Notes: generated by a model not told the origin, from the letters alone. Counted from the first letter of the stretch, positions 37,051-48,540 are shown. The stretch is DNA of 64,000 nt from Pseudomonadota bacterium (GCA_043718025.1 JAYSWN010000068.1:32001-96000), one strand, 5' to 3'. Numbers and translations: made by a program.

Positions 37051-37079
37051 CATCTAACGACGTCCCGCACCATCGTCAA
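37051..37079 (-). promoter_or_regulatory. Putative sigma70 promoter
   Basis: Minus strand TTGACG-N16/17-(T)TAGAT. Confidence 0.4.
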
Positions 37080-37103
37080 GCGCTACCCTGAATTATTATT
37101 CTA

Positions 37104-38036
37104 CTACGAAATTTTTCCTTCTTTAGGAAAATGGGTGAGCCTAACAAAGGCCTCAAAACGCTCTTGAAGCTTCTGCGGGGTACAGCTCATCAACGCGGCT
37201 GGACCAAAGTCTTGAACCGTAAAGGAGGCGACTACGCAGCCCATCACAACCGCACGCCGCAACTCATCGGGGTTCGTCCAGTCTCCCGCGCGCGACGCAA
37301 GATATCCCATAAAGCCGCCGGCAAATGAATCGCCCGCACCGGTCGGATCTTTCACGTCATGCAAAGGCAGACCGGGAATTGAAAAGAATTCATTACGGTC
37401 AAATAAGAGTGCACCATACTCACCACGTTTGATTACTAAACGTTGGGGGCCCCAGCTCATGATTGTTTTCGCTACTTCAACGATGGAATGGCTTTTTGCC
37501 AATAACCGCGCCTCGCCTTCGTTGATGATGACCAGGTTCACCTTTTTGATGGTGTTGATGAGCTCTTCACGTTGGCTCGCTATCCAGTAATTCATGGTAT
37601 CGAGCGCAACCAGTTTCGGCGCCGAGGTCTGTTTCATAACCTTCTGCTGAATGACCGGAGATAGGTTACCCAAAAATACATACTGCGAATCACGAAAACT
37701 TTCAGGCAACTCGGGGTCAAACGTTTCAAGAACATTCAGGTGGGTGGCCAGTGTTTCCGCTTCGTGAAGCTCCGAACCGTACTTCCCCGACCAATGAAAG
37801 GTTTTTCCCGCTAAACGAGTGACGCCCGCCAAATCAACCCGCCGTTTTTTCAGCTCTTCGAGGTGGCTTTCCGGAAAGTCCTCACCCACCACGCCTACCA
37901 ATCGAACCGGCGAAAATAGGCTGGAAGCCAAAGCAAAATAATTACCAGATCCGCCTAATATTTTGGGAGCCTTCCCAAAGGGCGTTTCAATGGTGTCAAA
38001 AGCGAGGGTGCCAACAACAAGAAGCGACGACGGCAT
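37104..38036 (-). CDS. PfkB-family carbohydrate/nucleoside kinase
   Basis: LGGSG, INEGE, KRGEYG, DPTGAGDSFAGG. Confidence 0.92.
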   Translation of the reverse strand: MPSSLLVVGTLAFDTIETPFGKAPKILGGSGNYFALASSLFSPVRLVGVVGEDFPESHLEELKKRRVDLAGVTRLAGKTFHWSGKYGSELHEAETLATHLNVLETFDPELPESFRDSQYVFLGNLSPVIQQKVMKQTSAPKLVALDTMNYWIASQREELINTIKKVNLVIINEGEARLLAKSHSIVEVAKTIMSWGPQRLVIKRGEYGALLFDRNEFFSIPGLPLHDVKDPTGAGDSFAGGFMGYLASRAGDWTNPDELRRAVVMGCVVASFTVQDFGPAALMSCTPQKLQERFEAFVRLTHFPKEGKIS

Positions 38037-38041
38037 TGAAT

Positions 38042-38902
38042 TTACTCCAAAATGGTTTCAAGTGCGGCTAACCGTGATTTGGGCCACAACTCTTTGGGGG
38101 TCATTACCGCATGCTCCATCTCCCGCCAACACTTTCCACAGGGAGAGGGGGGGGCCTCGGCCAAACTGTTGATCAGGCGTTGCGAATTTCCCACGTTAGA
38201 TTTTAATACCTTAATAATGGCTTCCACCGAGACGTCGCCGCCGCCAGCATTCCAGCAATCGTAGTCAGTCGCCATGGCAATGGTGTGGTAGCAAAGGCGT
38301 GCCTCACGGGCAAGTCGGGCTTCGGGCAGGGCGGTCATCCCAATCACCACCGCTCGCCGACTGGCATCGCCCAGATTCCACGAACGGTACCAATGCGATT
38401 CCGCCCGAGTCGAGAATTGCGGCCCTTCCATACAAACGTATGTGCCACCGGTATGAGTCTTTATGGAGAGCCCAGAAAGTTTTTTCACTAGATCTTGGCG
38501 AAGACCCGCACAAGAAGGGTCAGCAAAATGTGCGTGGCCAACCACCCCCTCGCCAAAAAAAGTGTTGGGACGCCCGCGAGTCAGATCTAAGTACTGATCG
38601 GGCAGCACAAATTCACCCGGAATAATCTCTTCGCGCAAGCTTCCTACCGCGCTAATCGAAAACAGCACCTTAACGCCCAGTTTTTTCAGCGCGAAGATGT
38701 TGGCGCGAGAGTTTAGCTCGGACGGGGAAATTGTGTGTCCTTCCCCGTGCCTAGCGATGAAGAAAATGGTCGTGCCGTGCAATTCTGCTTTGTGAATAGG
38801 ACTTGAAGGCGCACCGTAAGGAGTTTCAACGACAAGCCGCTCCGTGGGAACGCCAAGGTTGTACAACCCGCTGCCACCGATAACGCCTAAAATTTTTGAC
38901 AT
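38042..38902 (-). CDS. mtnP: S-methyl-5'-thioadenosine phosphorylase
   Basis: GVIGGSGLY, RHG, SAVGSL, MEGPQFSTRAES, GMT..PEA, TDYDCW. Confidence 0.93.
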   Translation of the reverse strand: MSKILGVIGGSGLYNLGVPTERLVVETPYGAPSSPIHKAELHGTTIFFIARHGEGHTISPSELNSRANIFALKKLGVKVLFSISAVGSLREEIIPGEFVLPDQYLDLTRGRPNTFFGEGVVGHAHFADPSCAGLRQDLVKKLSGLSIKTHTGGTYVCMEGPQFSTRAESHWYRSWNLGDASRRAVVIGMTALPEARLAREARLCYHTIAMATDYDCWNAGGGDVSVEAIIKVLKSNVGNSQRLINSLAEAPPSPCGKCWREMEHAVMTPKELWPKSRLAALETILE

Positions 38903-38907
38903 TTTCC

Positions 38908-40491
38908 TTACTCCGGAAGCGTCACTTGAACGAATAACGTACGGCCCTTGCGCTTCACTTCAAGGAAAAGCTTTCGAGACGAGCTCACCTGCTTTTTGTA
39001 CATCGCTAGAGAATCCACAACCTTACGGTTAATGCGCACAATCACATCACCGCTCTCAATGCCGGCCTGCTCGCCGATAGATCCAGGTTGCGTGTTCTCT
39101 ACTATCATCCCATCTTTGGCAGGAGAAGGACTTACTAACAGTCCTAATTTATCCGGCTGACCGTCATTTCCATGTTCAGCCTTAGGGGCCGTAGCCTCGT
39201 CTGGCAGCTTTCCCACTTTTACCGTCACAACGCGGGTCTTCTTGTCGGCGTAAGAGGTGATCTTAATTTTTACCGATTGACCTGGTTTATAGCCGCTAAT
39301 GGTTTTTTGTAGCAGCGCTGGCTCTTTCACGGCCTTTCCATCGACTTCAAGCACCACGTCGCCTGCCTTAAGTCCTGCCTCGGAAGCCGGACTGCTCTCG
39401 ATCACTTCGCGAATGCCCACCCCCTCTTTTACGCCTAATTCCTTAGCGAGATCGGGAGCCAGCGGCTCAATGTAAACGCCCAGCCAGCCGCGGATAATTT
39501 TACCGTCGGTGGCCAATTTGTTGGCTACCTCGCGGGCCAGATTGGCAGGAATGGCAAAACCAATTCCCATGTAGCCGCCACTTCGAGTGTAGATGGCGGT
39601 GTTAATTCCCATTACGCGCCCTTCCAAATCACATAGAGGCCCGCCCGAATTACCTGGATTGATCGCGGCATCGGTTTGTATGAGGTCACCGCCGAAATCA
39701 ACGCCGGTAACGCTTGAATTTCTCCCCCCTTTGGCGCTCACAATACCTACGGTAACGCTTTGACCCAATGCAAAGGGGCTACCAATGGCGATGGCCCAGT
39801 CACCCACTTCAACGGCATCGGAGTCGGCCCATTCTGCGGCGGGGAGATCTTTTCCCCCGACCACTTGAAGTACCGCCAAGTCAGTTTTCGGGTCAGTGCC
39901 GATCACTTTGGCTTTCAGTTCTGTTTTGTCTCCATTTAAATTGATAAGAATTTCGGTGGCGCCATCGACGACGTGATTATTAGTCACAACGATGCCTTTT
40001 TTATCGATAATTACCCCCGAGCCCAAGGAGGTTTGCGGCCCTTGTTCCATAAAGGGAAACGGGTGTCCGAAACGTTCGAAAAAGTCTGAGAAGGGGTCTT
40101 TGCCCATCCCTTGCTCGCCCTCATCTCCTTCGGGAAATGGATTGCGCCGCTTACCCGGCCCTCGAGGGGCACGCTGCAGGCTTTCGCGCTTTGCGCCTTT
40201 AGTGGCCTTAATGTTTACTACCGCCGGCCCCACCTTTTTTGCGACCATACGAAAACTCTCTGAAGTTTTCTTAAGTAGCCCCCCTTCAGGACCAAGCGGT
40301 TTCTCTTCAGCGGCTTTAACGGGATTATCTAATACGGCCTGGCTCGCCATTTTTGGCGACGACAGCTGATAAAGAAACTGCGCGCTAGCATAAATCAGCA
40401 CACTGGTAATTGCGGCAACTACACCGACTACGATGTAGATAGTCCAGCGTGACTGTTTTTTTTCCGACTTACGTTCGAATTCGTCCATCAT
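38908..40491 (-). CDS. degP: HtrA/DegP (Do family) serine protease with 2 PDZ domains
   Basis: TNNHV, TDLA, QTDAAINPGNSGG; two PDZ domains. Confidence 0.93.
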   Translation of the reverse strand: MMDEFERKSEKKQSRWTIYIVVGVVAAITSVLIYASAQFLYQLSSPKMASQAVLDNPVKAAEEKPLGPEGGLLKKTSESFRMVAKKVGPAVVNIKATKGAKRESLQRAPRGPGKRRNPFPEGDEGEQGMGKDPFSDFFERFGHPFPFMEQGPQTSLGSGVIIDKKGIVVTNNHVVDGATEILINLNGDKTELKAKVIGTDPKTDLAVLQVVGGKDLPAAEWADSDAVEVGDWAIAIGSPFALGQSVTVGIVSAKGGRNSSVTGVDFGGDLIQTDAAINPGNSGGPLCDLEGRVMGINTAIYTRSGGYMGIGFAIPANLAREVANKLATDGKIIRGWLGVYIEPLAPDLAKELGVKEGVGIREVIESSPASEAGLKAGDVVLEVDGKAVKEPALLQKTISGYKPGQSVKIKITSYADKKTRVVTVKVGKLPDEATAPKAEHGNDGQPDKLGLLVSPSPAKDGMIVENTQPGSIGEQAGIESGDVIVRINRKVVDSLAMYKKQVSSSRKLFLEVKRKGRTLFVQVTLPE

Positions 40492-40510
40492 GTATCTTAT
40501 TCCTCGTAAC

Positions 40511-43111
40511 TTATTTTGCTTTTCCTGAAGCTACCGCGAAACCAAGTTCCCCTTTTGGGGTCAGCGTTACCGAAATGATGTCTCCCGGCATAAACGCCCC
40601 TTCAAGTAATTTTTGAGAAAGGGGGTTTAAGACGACTTCGGTAATCAAACGTTTAAGCGGGCGGGCCCCGTAAACAGGGTCGTAGCCACGTACTCCTAGC
40701 CACTCTCTAGCTTTAGCGTCCACCACCATACTTAGGTTTTTAGCTTCGAGCAACTTCACTACCGATTGTAGTTGGATACCCACAATCAGGTTGATTTCGG
40801 CCTGAGTTAGGGGTTGGAACAAAATGATCTCATCGAGTCGATTGAGAAGTTCTGGCCGGAAATGGCTGCGCACTTCGGTCATCACTTTTTGACGGGTGAC
40901 CTCGGTGATAGCCTCCCCGTCACCCAAAAACTGGCTGCCCAAGTTAGAGGTGAGGATAATGATCGTGTTCTTAAAATTTACTTTATTTCCTTGGCTGTCG
41001 GTAAGCACTCCATCGTCCAGCACCTGCAGAAGAATATTGAATACGTCTTTATGGGCTTTTTCTACTTCATCAAAAAGAACCACGGCGTAAGGACGGCGGC
41101 GTACCGCTTCGGTCAAGACTCCCCCCTCTTCGTAGCCGACGTAGCCCGGAGGGGCTCCGATGAGGCGCGATACCGAATGCTTTTCCATAAATTCGGTCAT
41201 GTCGATTCGCACCATATTGCTTTCGTCATCAAAGAGAAATTCGGCCAACGTTTTTGCCGTTTCTGTTTTTCCTACTCCGGTGGGGCCCAAAAACATGAAT
41301 CCGCCGAGCGGTTTATTGGGATCGCTGAGGCCGGCTTGGCTGCGGCGTACCGCATTGCAAATGGCGCGAATGGCCGGTTCTTGTCCGATTACCCGACGGC
41401 GCATCTCTTCTTCCATACGCAGCAATTTCTGCTTATCCGATTCGAGCATCTTGCTTACCGGAATTCCGGTCCATTTAGCCACCACCTCGGCGATGTCTTC
41501 TTCATCCACCTCTTCCTTCAACATACGATTCTCACTGGTGATTTGTGCCAACTGCTTTTGGGCTCCCTCTAACGAACGTTGGATATCATTCATTTTTCCA
41601 TATTTGAGCTCGGCGGCTTTACCCAGATCTCCGCTGCGCTCCGCTTTCTCCGACTCAACTTTAAGCCTTTCCATCTGCTCTTTGAGCTGAGAAATTTGTG
41701 AAATCACGGCTTTTTCGGCATTCCAACGGTCCTTTAATCCACCTGACTCAGTTTTTAACTCGAGGATCTGCTTTTTTAGCAATTCCTGTCGGGAGGCACT
41801 GGCCGGATCGCTTTCGCGTTTGAGCCCCTCAAACTCTATGCCTAGCTGAACCAACTTCCGTTCAATAACGTCGATTTCAGTGGGGAGACTGTCGATCTCC
41901 ATGCGCAGCTTAGCGGCGGCTTCGTCAATCAGATCGATGGCCTTATCCGGAAGCTGACGGTTGGTTATGTAACGATGGCTCAGTTTCGCGGCGGCAATCA
42001 ATGCGGCGTCTTGAATGCGAATGCCATGATGCAGTTCGTATTTTTCTTTTAGGCCGCGTAAAATTGAAACGGTGTCTTCCAGGGATGGCTCGCCAACGAA
42101 CACCGGTTGAAAACGGCGCTCCAGCGCAGAGTCTTTTTCAATGTACTGCCGGTACTCATCAAGTGTGGTGGCGCCAACGCACCTTAGCTCGCCGCGCGCC
42201 AACGCGGGTTTGAGCATATTGCCCGCATCCATGCTACCTTCGGCCTTTCCCGCGCCGACCACCGTGTGCAATTCATCGATAAACAGAACAATGGAGCCCT
42301 GAGAGCTGGTGATCTCTTTCAGCACGGCCTTCAAGCGTTCTTCAAACTCTCCGCGAAATTTGGCGCCGGCGATGAGTGATCCCAAATCTAGCGATAACAA
42401 TCTTTTGTTCTTCAGGCTTTCGGGGACGTCCCCCGAAACCATGCGTTGCGCCAATCCCTCGGCGATGGCGGTTTTGCCCACTCCTGGTTCACCGATCACC
42501 ACGGGATTATTTTTTGTGCGACGGGAGAGCACCTGAATCACCCGGCGAATTTCTTCGTCGCGGCCGATCACAGGGTCGAGGCGGCCATTGGCGGCGGCCT
42601 GAGTGAGGTCGCGGGTATAGCGCTGCAAGGCGTTGTATTTTTCTTCAGGGTTTTGATCCGACACTCGTTGGTTTCCTCTTATTTTGCTTAAAGCCTCTAG
42701 AAAAACATTCTTACTCAGCTTATGGCGCCTAAATAATTCGGGCACAAACCCCTCGCGCTGGGCGAAAAAAGCCAAGAACAAATGTTCGGTGCTGATGAAA
42801 TCATCTTTCAGAGCCTTGGCTTCTTCTTCTGCCTGCACCAACAGACGGTTGGTTTGCGCGTTCAAGTAAGGTTGAACGTTACCGTGAACCTGCGGTTTTT
42901 TATTTAAATCGCCTTCGACGTCGGCCAGAATTTTTCCTGACGAACCTGCACTCATCGATTCAAGGCACGGTGAAATTAACCCGTCCTTTTGCTTTAAAAG
43001 CGCGGCGAGTAAATGCTCCGGATCCACACTCTGGTGATTGCGTTTCACCGTCTGGCTCTGCGCGTCAACGACGGCTTCTTGAGCTTTCACCGTAAATTGG
43101 TTTAGATTCAT
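40511..43111 (-). CDS. clpB: Disaggregase ClpB
   Basis: Two AAA+ modules ([16 protein letters not shown]) with the middle coiled coil; 866 aa. Confidence 0.97.
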   Translation of the reverse strand: MNLNQFTVKAQEAVVDAQSQTVKRNHQSVDPEHLLAALLKQKDGLISPCLESMSAGSSGKILADVEGDLNKKPQVHGNVQPYLNAQTNRLLVQAEEEAKALKDDFISTEHLFLAFFAQREGFVPELFRRHKLSKNVFLEALSKIRGNQRVSDQNPEEKYNALQRYTRDLTQAAANGRLDPVIGRDEEIRRVIQVLSRRTKNNPVVIGEPGVGKTAIAEGLAQRMVSGDVPESLKNKRLLSLDLGSLIAGAKFRGEFEERLKAVLKEITSSQGSIVLFIDELHTVVGAGKAEGSMDAGNMLKPALARGELRCVGATTLDEYRQYIEKDSALERRFQPVFVGEPSLEDTVSILRGLKEKYELHHGIRIQDAALIAAAKLSHRYITNRQLPDKAIDLIDEAAAKLRMEIDSLPTEIDVIERKLVQLGIEFEGLKRESDPASASRQELLKKQILELKTESGGLKDRWNAEKAVISQISQLKEQMERLKVESEKAERSGDLGKAAELKYGKMNDIQRSLEGAQKQLAQITSENRMLKEEVDEEDIAEVVAKWTGIPVSKMLESDKQKLLRMEEEMRRRVIGQEPAIRAICNAVRRSQAGLSDPNKPLGGFMFLGPTGVGKTETAKTLAEFLFDDESNMVRIDMTEFMEKHSVSRLIGAPPGYVGYEEGGVLTEAVRRRPYAVVLFDEVEKAHKDVFNILLQVLDDGVLTDSQGNKVNFKNTIIILTSNLGSQFLGDGEAITEVTRQKVMTEVRSHFRPELLNRLDEIILFQPLTQAEINLIVGIQLQSVVKLLEAKNLSMVVDAKAREWLGVRGYDPVYGARPLKRLITEVVLNPLSQKLLEGAFMPGDIISVTLTPKGELGFAVASGKAK

Positions 43112-43156
43112 TAGTTACCTCAATAGCTTAGCGATTGGGTCTAAGTATGGAGTGCT

Positions 43157-44977
43157 TTGGCTGAAAGTCAAAAATCAGAGGGCGTGCAAGCGTTCTCCGA
43201 AGGGGAAGAGAACCTACTGAAATCTTTAAGTTTTTGGGCTTTGATCGCCCGGTTTCGGGGGGCTTACTTTAGGGGGATTCTGACGCTATTTTTAGTCGAT
43301 GCGGCGAACGTCGCGATACCCCTGTGCCTAAAAAACGCGATCGATGCCATTAATATTTCGTATCGCGAAAGAGTTTACGTCCTTGGGGCGGCCATTCTGG
43401 CGCTCTATTGTGTTCAAGCGGTGGGGCGGTACCTGTGGCGCATTTTTTTGATCGGCGCCTCTCATCGCATCATCTCGATCTACCGAAAAAAATTCTTCGA
43501 GCACGTGCTTAACGTTCCCGCCCATTCCCTAAAAATGAGCAGCGGAGATCTCTTGTCGCGTGCCACACAAGACATTGAGTCGGTTCGCATGGCGCTTGGG
43601 CCGGGCGTGCTGGTAATTGCCGATTGTGTGATTTTATTTTTCCTAATCCTCCCCGCAATGTGGGGAATCTCTCCTCGGTTAACGCTGGTGTCGCTGGCAC
43701 TCATGCCCTTGGTGCCACTACTCACTTTTTTTTGCGGAAGCCGAATCGATAAACTATTTGAAAAGTTACAAGACCAGACTTCGGTGATGACCGGTTTCAT
43801 TCGCGAACGATTTACTCACGTGCGTCTCATCAAAGCTTTTGCAGCCGAATCAATCTCCACAAATGAGCTTTCAAAGCTCAGCATTGCTTACCGCAACACG
43901 GGTAAGCAGCTCGCCGTAGTAGAAAGTTTTTTTTCGCCCGGTTTAGCATTTCTGACCAATCTGGGTACGGTGCTCATCTTAGTGGTAGGAGGGAATTTGG
44001 CGCTGGAGGGCACTCTAACCATCGGTGCGTTTATCGCGTTCCAAAGACTGTTAGTTCAGCTTTCTTGGCCGATGGAAGCCATTGGTTGGGGGGTCACGCT
44101 CACTCGTGAAGCCAAAGCCGCTCACCGTCGACTTAATCAAGTGCTCGACGTTCCAAGTGATTCAGAAATTGTCACACAAACCCCCGCAGTGAGAGGCCAA
44201 CCCGTTCTAGAAATTCGTGACCTAAACATGCGGTTACCCTTTGCCGGCGGCCAAAATCCACAGCCCGGCAACCAAATGACCCTCCGTGCCCAAGAACTTA
44301 AGGTCGAACCGGGTAAATGGGTTGGAGTAGTGGGGCCGATTGCGAGTGGCAAGAGCACGCTCTTCGATGTCATTTTGCGCATGTGGGATCCCCCCCCGGG
44401 TTCGGTATTCTTAGGTGGTACCGACATCACCAAGATTTCACGGCGGGAATTACGTAACCGGATACGTATTGTCGACCAGCCGATTACCCTGCTCGGTGAA
44501 AATTTATTTGCGAACGTAAGTCTGTCATTAAACGGCAACATGAACTCCGAAATGTTAGCCGCCTTGAGTAGGTTGGCTTCACTCAACGTGCATGAACGGT
44601 TTGGGGACAGCGCAATCGACGATAAACTTTCTGAACGCGGTAGTGACCTGTCCGGGGGGCAAAAACAACGTGTGGCTTTAATCCGCGCCTTGGCCACGAA
44701 ACCTGATTTGTTGCTCCTCGATGATCCTTTCTCCGGCATCGATCTCATTACCGAGCGAGCCATATTTTCAAATATTCGACGCGAATACCCAATGACCGCG
44801 GCACTTTTTATCACTCACCGTTTTGAACTCATGGAAGAGATGGATGAGGTTTGGGTATTTGAACACGGGCAGTTGATCAAAAGCGGCACCCACCGCAGCT
44901 TGCTTCAAGAGACGGAGCTTTACCGGCGATTGGCCCAGATTCCCGAACCCCATGCGCGGCCAAGTGGAGGACTATGA
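43157..44977 (+). CDS. ABC exporter ATP-binding/permease subunit (MdlA-like)
   Basis: TM domain, GPIASGKS, LSGGQ, LLLDD (degenerate Walker B). Confidence 0.9.
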   Translation: MAESQKSEGVQAFSEGEENLLKSLSFWALIARFRGAYFRGILTLFLVDAANVAIPLCLKNAIDAINISYRERVYVLGAAILALYCVQAVGRYLWRIFLIGASHRIISIYRKKFFEHVLNVPAHSLKMSSGDLLSRATQDIESVRMALGPGVLVIADCVILFFLILPAMWGISPRLTLVSLALMPLVPLLTFFCGSRIDKLFEKLQDQTSVMTGFIRERFTHVRLIKAFAAESISTNELSKLSIAYRNTGKQLAVVESFFSPGLAFLTNLGTVLILVVGGNLALEGTLTIGAFIAFQRLLVQLSWPMEAIGWGVTLTREAKAAHRRLNQVLDVPSDSEIVTQTPAVRGQPVLEIRDLNMRLPFAGGQNPQPGNQMTLRAQELKVEPGKWVGVVGPIASGKSTLFDVILRMWDPPPGSVFLGGTDITKISRRELRNRIRIVDQPITLLGENLFANVSLSLNGNMNSEMLAALSRLASLNVHERFGDSAIDDKLSERGSDLSGGQKQRVALIRALATKPDLLLLDDPFSGIDLITERAIFSNIRREYPMTAALFITHRFELMEEMDEVWVFEHGQLIKSGTHRSLLQETELYRRLAQIPEPHARPSGGL

Positions 44978-46701
44978 AACGGTTTTTCGAAAAATGGCCT
45001 TCTCCGATAAAAAGTGCGCTCGTGGCCATGAAGTTTCGTTTCGGAATTGCGGGAGCGCTTTTACTCGTCTCAACTGGCATCGAAGTATTGCTACCTTTAT
45101 TACAAGGTAAAATTGTTGACCTCATTCTGAAATCGTTCGGCAAAGAATCACTAAGCCGCGTTGTCTATTGGTTTCTAGGGGCGATAGTTCTTAAAGGGGT
45201 ATCCGATGGGGTGCAGGCATACGTGGTTCAATCCATCGGACAGGACTTTACCCACAATCTGCGGACGGAGATGTTTCGTCGGATGCTCCATTTTCCGGTG
45301 ACCTATTTCGATAAGATCGCGTCGGGTCGCTTGGTTACGCGAATCATCACTGATCTGAGGTCAATGGGTGAACTATTTTCGGCCAGTATCTGTGTGGCGG
45401 GATTAGACGTTGTTGTCATCCTGGCTTCCGTAGTGATCATGGTTTGGCTTCAGCCGGTGCTTGCTATGGTACTGCTGCTGCCCGTACCTTTTGCTTTTTA
45501 CCTTATCCACCGCTACGGAGAAAAGGTGGCCGTGGCCTTTCGTATTGCGCGTTCGCGACTGGGAACCATTACCGGCTTTCTCGGGGAGAATTTTGGGGCC
45601 TTAACCACCATTCAGCGTCTGGCGGGAGAAAAAGCCCAAAGTAAAAAGTTTTCGCGGCTGGTGCAAGATCACCAAGACTCTCAGATGAATGCCCTGCGCG
45701 TTTTTGCCATGGCTCAGCCGATAATCAACGCCACAAACGGCTTAACCTTCAGTCTCTTGGTCATCTTCGGGGGGCTGGGGGTCATCGATAAAAGGTGGTC
45801 CCTCGGCGTGTTAGTGGCTTTTTTGGGCTACCTAAAGAATCTTTTCCAACCACTTCGCGATCTTATCGAGAAATACAACACCATCCTTGCCGCGCGGGTG
45901 GCGTTCGAACGCGTGTTCTCGATTTTTACTGAAAAGCTAGAGAGCGACTTGACGATAGGCAAAGAGATTTCCAAGACGAGCGAGTTTTCTATCGAGTTTG
46001 AAGATGTCACCTTCCGCTACCCTGAGGGTAAGGGCTTGGTGTTAAACCAAGTGTCTTTTACGGTGGCGGCCGGAGAGACCGTGGCGATTATCGGGCCTAC
46101 CGGCGGCGGAAAATCGACTATATTTCGCCTGTTGCTCGGTTTTTACCGGCACTCCTATGGTCTGATTCGAATTGCCGGCGTAGATTTGAGTGAACTAAAC
46201 CTCGAAAGTTTACGGCAAAAGATTGGTTTCGTGGCCCAAGAGCTGTTTCTGTTTCGCGGTACGGTCAGAGAAAACCTGACGGTGGGAAGTGAAAAATGGT
46301 CTGAGGCTCAGATGCTTTCTTCATTGGAGACGGTTGGCCTCTGGGAGCGGATCAAAGAGCGCGGCGGCCTCGGCCTCTTTCTCGAAGAGGGGGGAGAAAA
46401 TCTTTCGCTTGGCGAGCGGCAGCTACTTGCCATGGCCCGAGTCTTTTTAAGTAATCCGCCGTTGCTTTTGTTCGACGAAGTGACCTCGCAAATTGACGCG
46501 AAAACCGAGAGCATGATTTTAAATGCGCTGGAGATCCTAAGGCGGGGAAGAACCTGTTTGTTCATTGCTCACCGACCGAAAGCGGCCGAGCTGGCCGACA
46601 AAGTGATTGAGATTCGTGAAGGAAAAGCCTACACCAAGGTTCAAAGCTCCTTGGTCGATAAAGGCAAGCCATTGCCGGTTATTCCGTCGCTGACGACTTA
46701 G
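44974..46701 (+). CDS. ABC exporter ATP-binding/permease subunit (MdlB-like)
   Basis: TM domain, GPTGGGKS, LSLGE, LFDE, AHR; likely heterodimer partner of the upstream gene. Confidence 0.9.
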   Translation: MKRFFEKWPSPIKSALVAMKFRFGIAGALLLVSTGIEVLLPLLQGKIVDLILKSFGKESLSRVVYWFLGAIVLKGVSDGVQAYVVQSIGQDFTHNLRTEMFRRMLHFPVTYFDKIASGRLVTRIITDLRSMGELFSASICVAGLDVVVILASVVIMVWLQPVLAMVLLLPVPFAFYLIHRYGEKVAVAFRIARSRLGTITGFLGENFGALTTIQRLAGEKAQSKKFSRLVQDHQDSQMNALRVFAMAQPIINATNGLTFSLLVIFGGLGVIDKRWSLGVLVAFLGYLKNLFQPLRDLIEKYNTILAARVAFERVFSIFTEKLESDLTIGKEISKTSEFSIEFEDVTFRYPEGKGLVLNQVSFTVAAGETVAIIGPTGGGKSTIFRLLLGFYRHSYGLIRIAGVDLSELNLESLRQKIGFVAQELFLFRGTVRENLTVGSEKWSEAQMLSSLETVGLWERIKERGGLGLFLEEGGENLSLGERQLLAMARVFLSNPPLLLFDEVTSQIDAKTESMILNALEILRRGRTCLFIAHRPKAAELADKVIEIREGKAYTKVQSSLVDKGKPLPVIPSLTT

Positions 46702-47608
46702 TCGAGTTCAGAATCTGGTGTTTTTCCAGCGCCAGAAAGAGCCTCTCCATTCCGATTGCCACCCCGGCTACCGGTCCTACGTTCTGTTTGGCTGCTTCGA
46801 TAAGATCTTTAGGAAAGGGGTGGCGTGTCTTTCCCGCCGCTTCACGCGTTTTTGACTCTTTTTCGTAACGCTTTTGCAGTTCAGTTGGAGACCAAAGCTC
46901 GGTGCAGCCGTTAGCGATTTCCATTCCGTGCCAGTAAATTTCAAAACGCTCGGCAAATTGACCATCACTTCCGGGCTTGGATAATGGCGAAACTGCGATT
47001 GGGTAATCGATAAGGGCGGTTGGCACACGGTGGGGAAGCACGGTCTCTACTTCATCCAAAACCAACTTAAAAAACAGATCCTCCCAAGAATCAGTTTGGG
47101 CAACCGATTGGTTTCCACGGCGCATCGCCTCTTGGTAAAAAATGTGAGTATTCGACATCTTGCTTAGTTCAATGCCAGTGTTTTCTTTGAGAAGCTCAGA
47201 TATCGAATGTGTTTCAGCATGCAAAGGAGTCGGGCCACAGAGATGCCCAAAAAAGGCAAAGGTTTCGCTTAAAAGCTCCTTTGCGGAAAAGCCCACTCGG
47301 TAGAATTCCAGCATCGAAAATTCTATCTTATGAATAGGGGTGTCGGGATCATCGCGGAATGAGCGGCATATTTGGTAGATTGATTGCGGATTGGTTGCCA
47401 ATAGACGTTTCATCGCAATCTCTGGGGAGGTGTGCAGCTCAGCTTCACCTCTGCTCCAGGCAACCTTTAGGCAGTCCAGAGTGCTTTCGAACGCACCCAC
47501 CGGCACCAGATGATTGGTGGTCACTTCAAGGTAGCCGCGAGCATCCAGAAACTCTCGAGTTTGCTTGAGAAACGCCGCCCATTCCCTAATTTTTGTTGGT
47601 CCATCCAT
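46679..47608 (-). CDS. epmA: EF-P lysine aminoacylase EpmA (GenX/PoxA)
   Basis: LHTSPE..MKRLL, FRD, EFSMLEFYR, ERFE....EIANG, GVAIGMERL; no anticodon domain. Confidence 0.9.
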   Translation of the reverse strand: MDGPTKIREWAAFLKQTREFLDARGYLEVTTNHLVPVGAFESTLDCLKVAWSRGEAELHTSPEIAMKRLLATNPQSIYQICRSFRDDPDTPIHKIEFSMLEFYRVGFSAKELLSETFAFFGHLCGPTPLHAETHSISELLKENTGIELSKMSNTHIFYQEAMRRGNQSVAQTDSWEDLFFKLVLDEVETVLPHRVPTALIDYPIAVSPLSKPGSDGQFAERFEIYWHGMEIANGCTELWSPTELQKRYEKESKTREAAGKTRHPFPKDLIEAAKQNVGPVAGVAIGMERLFLALEKHQILNSTKSSATE

Positions 47609-47658
47609 CTGCCCGCAGGTTATAGTCTAACGCGAAGGGCAAAGCTACTGAGACCAAA

Positions 47659-48537
47659 ATGCGGATAGACAAGTACTTACAAATTCAATTTCCGGGCCTC
47701 ACACGTCGACAGATTGAAGAGGCCATTGCGGGTGGCTTGGTTGTCTTTCCTAGCGGAAAAAAGATTTCGAAGGGCGAACGGGCTTTTAAGGCTGAAGACC
47801 TAAACCTTGATCTTCTTCACGCCCATTTGCTAAAGCTCACTCACGGAAATACTTCTCTGATCATCTACCAGCTTGAAGATCACGCTGACTTTTGTGTGGT
47901 GGATAAGCCCGCCGGCACCCCATCTCATCCTATTTCACTACTCGATTTTGACACGATTTCTCATTGGGCCCTGGCAAAGTATCCGGAAATCGCAAAAGAG
48001 TTTTCGGAATGCCAACCCACGGTTACTCCGCACCGGTTAGACACAGGCACCTCCGGCGTGTTGGTGGTCGCCAAAACGAAAAACTCCTTTCTTAAATGGC
48101 GCGAGCATTTCTCCGCTAGAGAGATCACCAAGAAATATCTGGCCTGGTGCTGGGGGAACCCGAAAGAAGTGAGTTTCGTTGTCAAAAATCATTTGGCGCA
48201 TGACAACGCCGACGCAAGAAAAATGCGTGGGGGCAAAGAGGGCGATAAGGGGGTGCGCCCTCCTTTTCTCGCTGCCCACTCCACGATGCGGGTGGAAAGG
48301 CGGCTTAAAAATAAATTTTTGATGAGTATTGAGTGCAGCACGGGAGTGACTCACCAAGTTCGAGTACATTGTGCAGAGCTGGGCTTTCCGTTGGTGGGCG
48401 ATTCTTTATATGACCCGGAATTTAGCGACCGTTTGGATAAACCAGCTTGGCACGAGCTTAGGGCCGTGGCCGTCATCGGCCCCGCTTTTTCTTTCAAGGC
48501 CCCCGACGCTGATTTCTGTAAGAAATATCAGGACTAG
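47659..48537 (+). CDS. RluA/RluD family pseudouridine synthase
   Basis: DKPAG, HRLDTGTSG, TG.THQVRVH, GD.LY. Confidence 0.92.
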   Translation: MRIDKYLQIQFPGLTRRQIEEAIAGGLVVFPSGKKISKGERAFKAEDLNLDLLHAHLLKLTHGNTSLIIYQLEDHADFCVVDKPAGTPSHPISLLDFDTISHWALAKYPEIAKEFSECQPTVTPHRLDTGTSGVLVVAKTKNSFLKWREHFSAREITKKYLAWCWGNPKEVSFVVKNHLAHDNADARKMRGGKEGDKGVRPPFLAAHSTMRVERRLKNKFLMSIECSTGVTHQVRVHCAELGFPLVGDSLYDPEFSDRLDKPAWHELRAVAVIGPAFSFKAPDADFCKKYQD

Positions 48538-48540
48538 AAG

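Noticed and set aside
40814..41690. Long antisense ORFs inside clpB (similar ones lie in rpoB/rpoC, rplK and the ABC genes)
   Set aside because: Shadow frames of conserved genes, with no RBS or recognisable motifs.
46679..46701. 23-bp convergent overlap of the ABC gene and epmA
   Set aside because: Short tail-to-tail overlaps are common and nothing else suggests a function.
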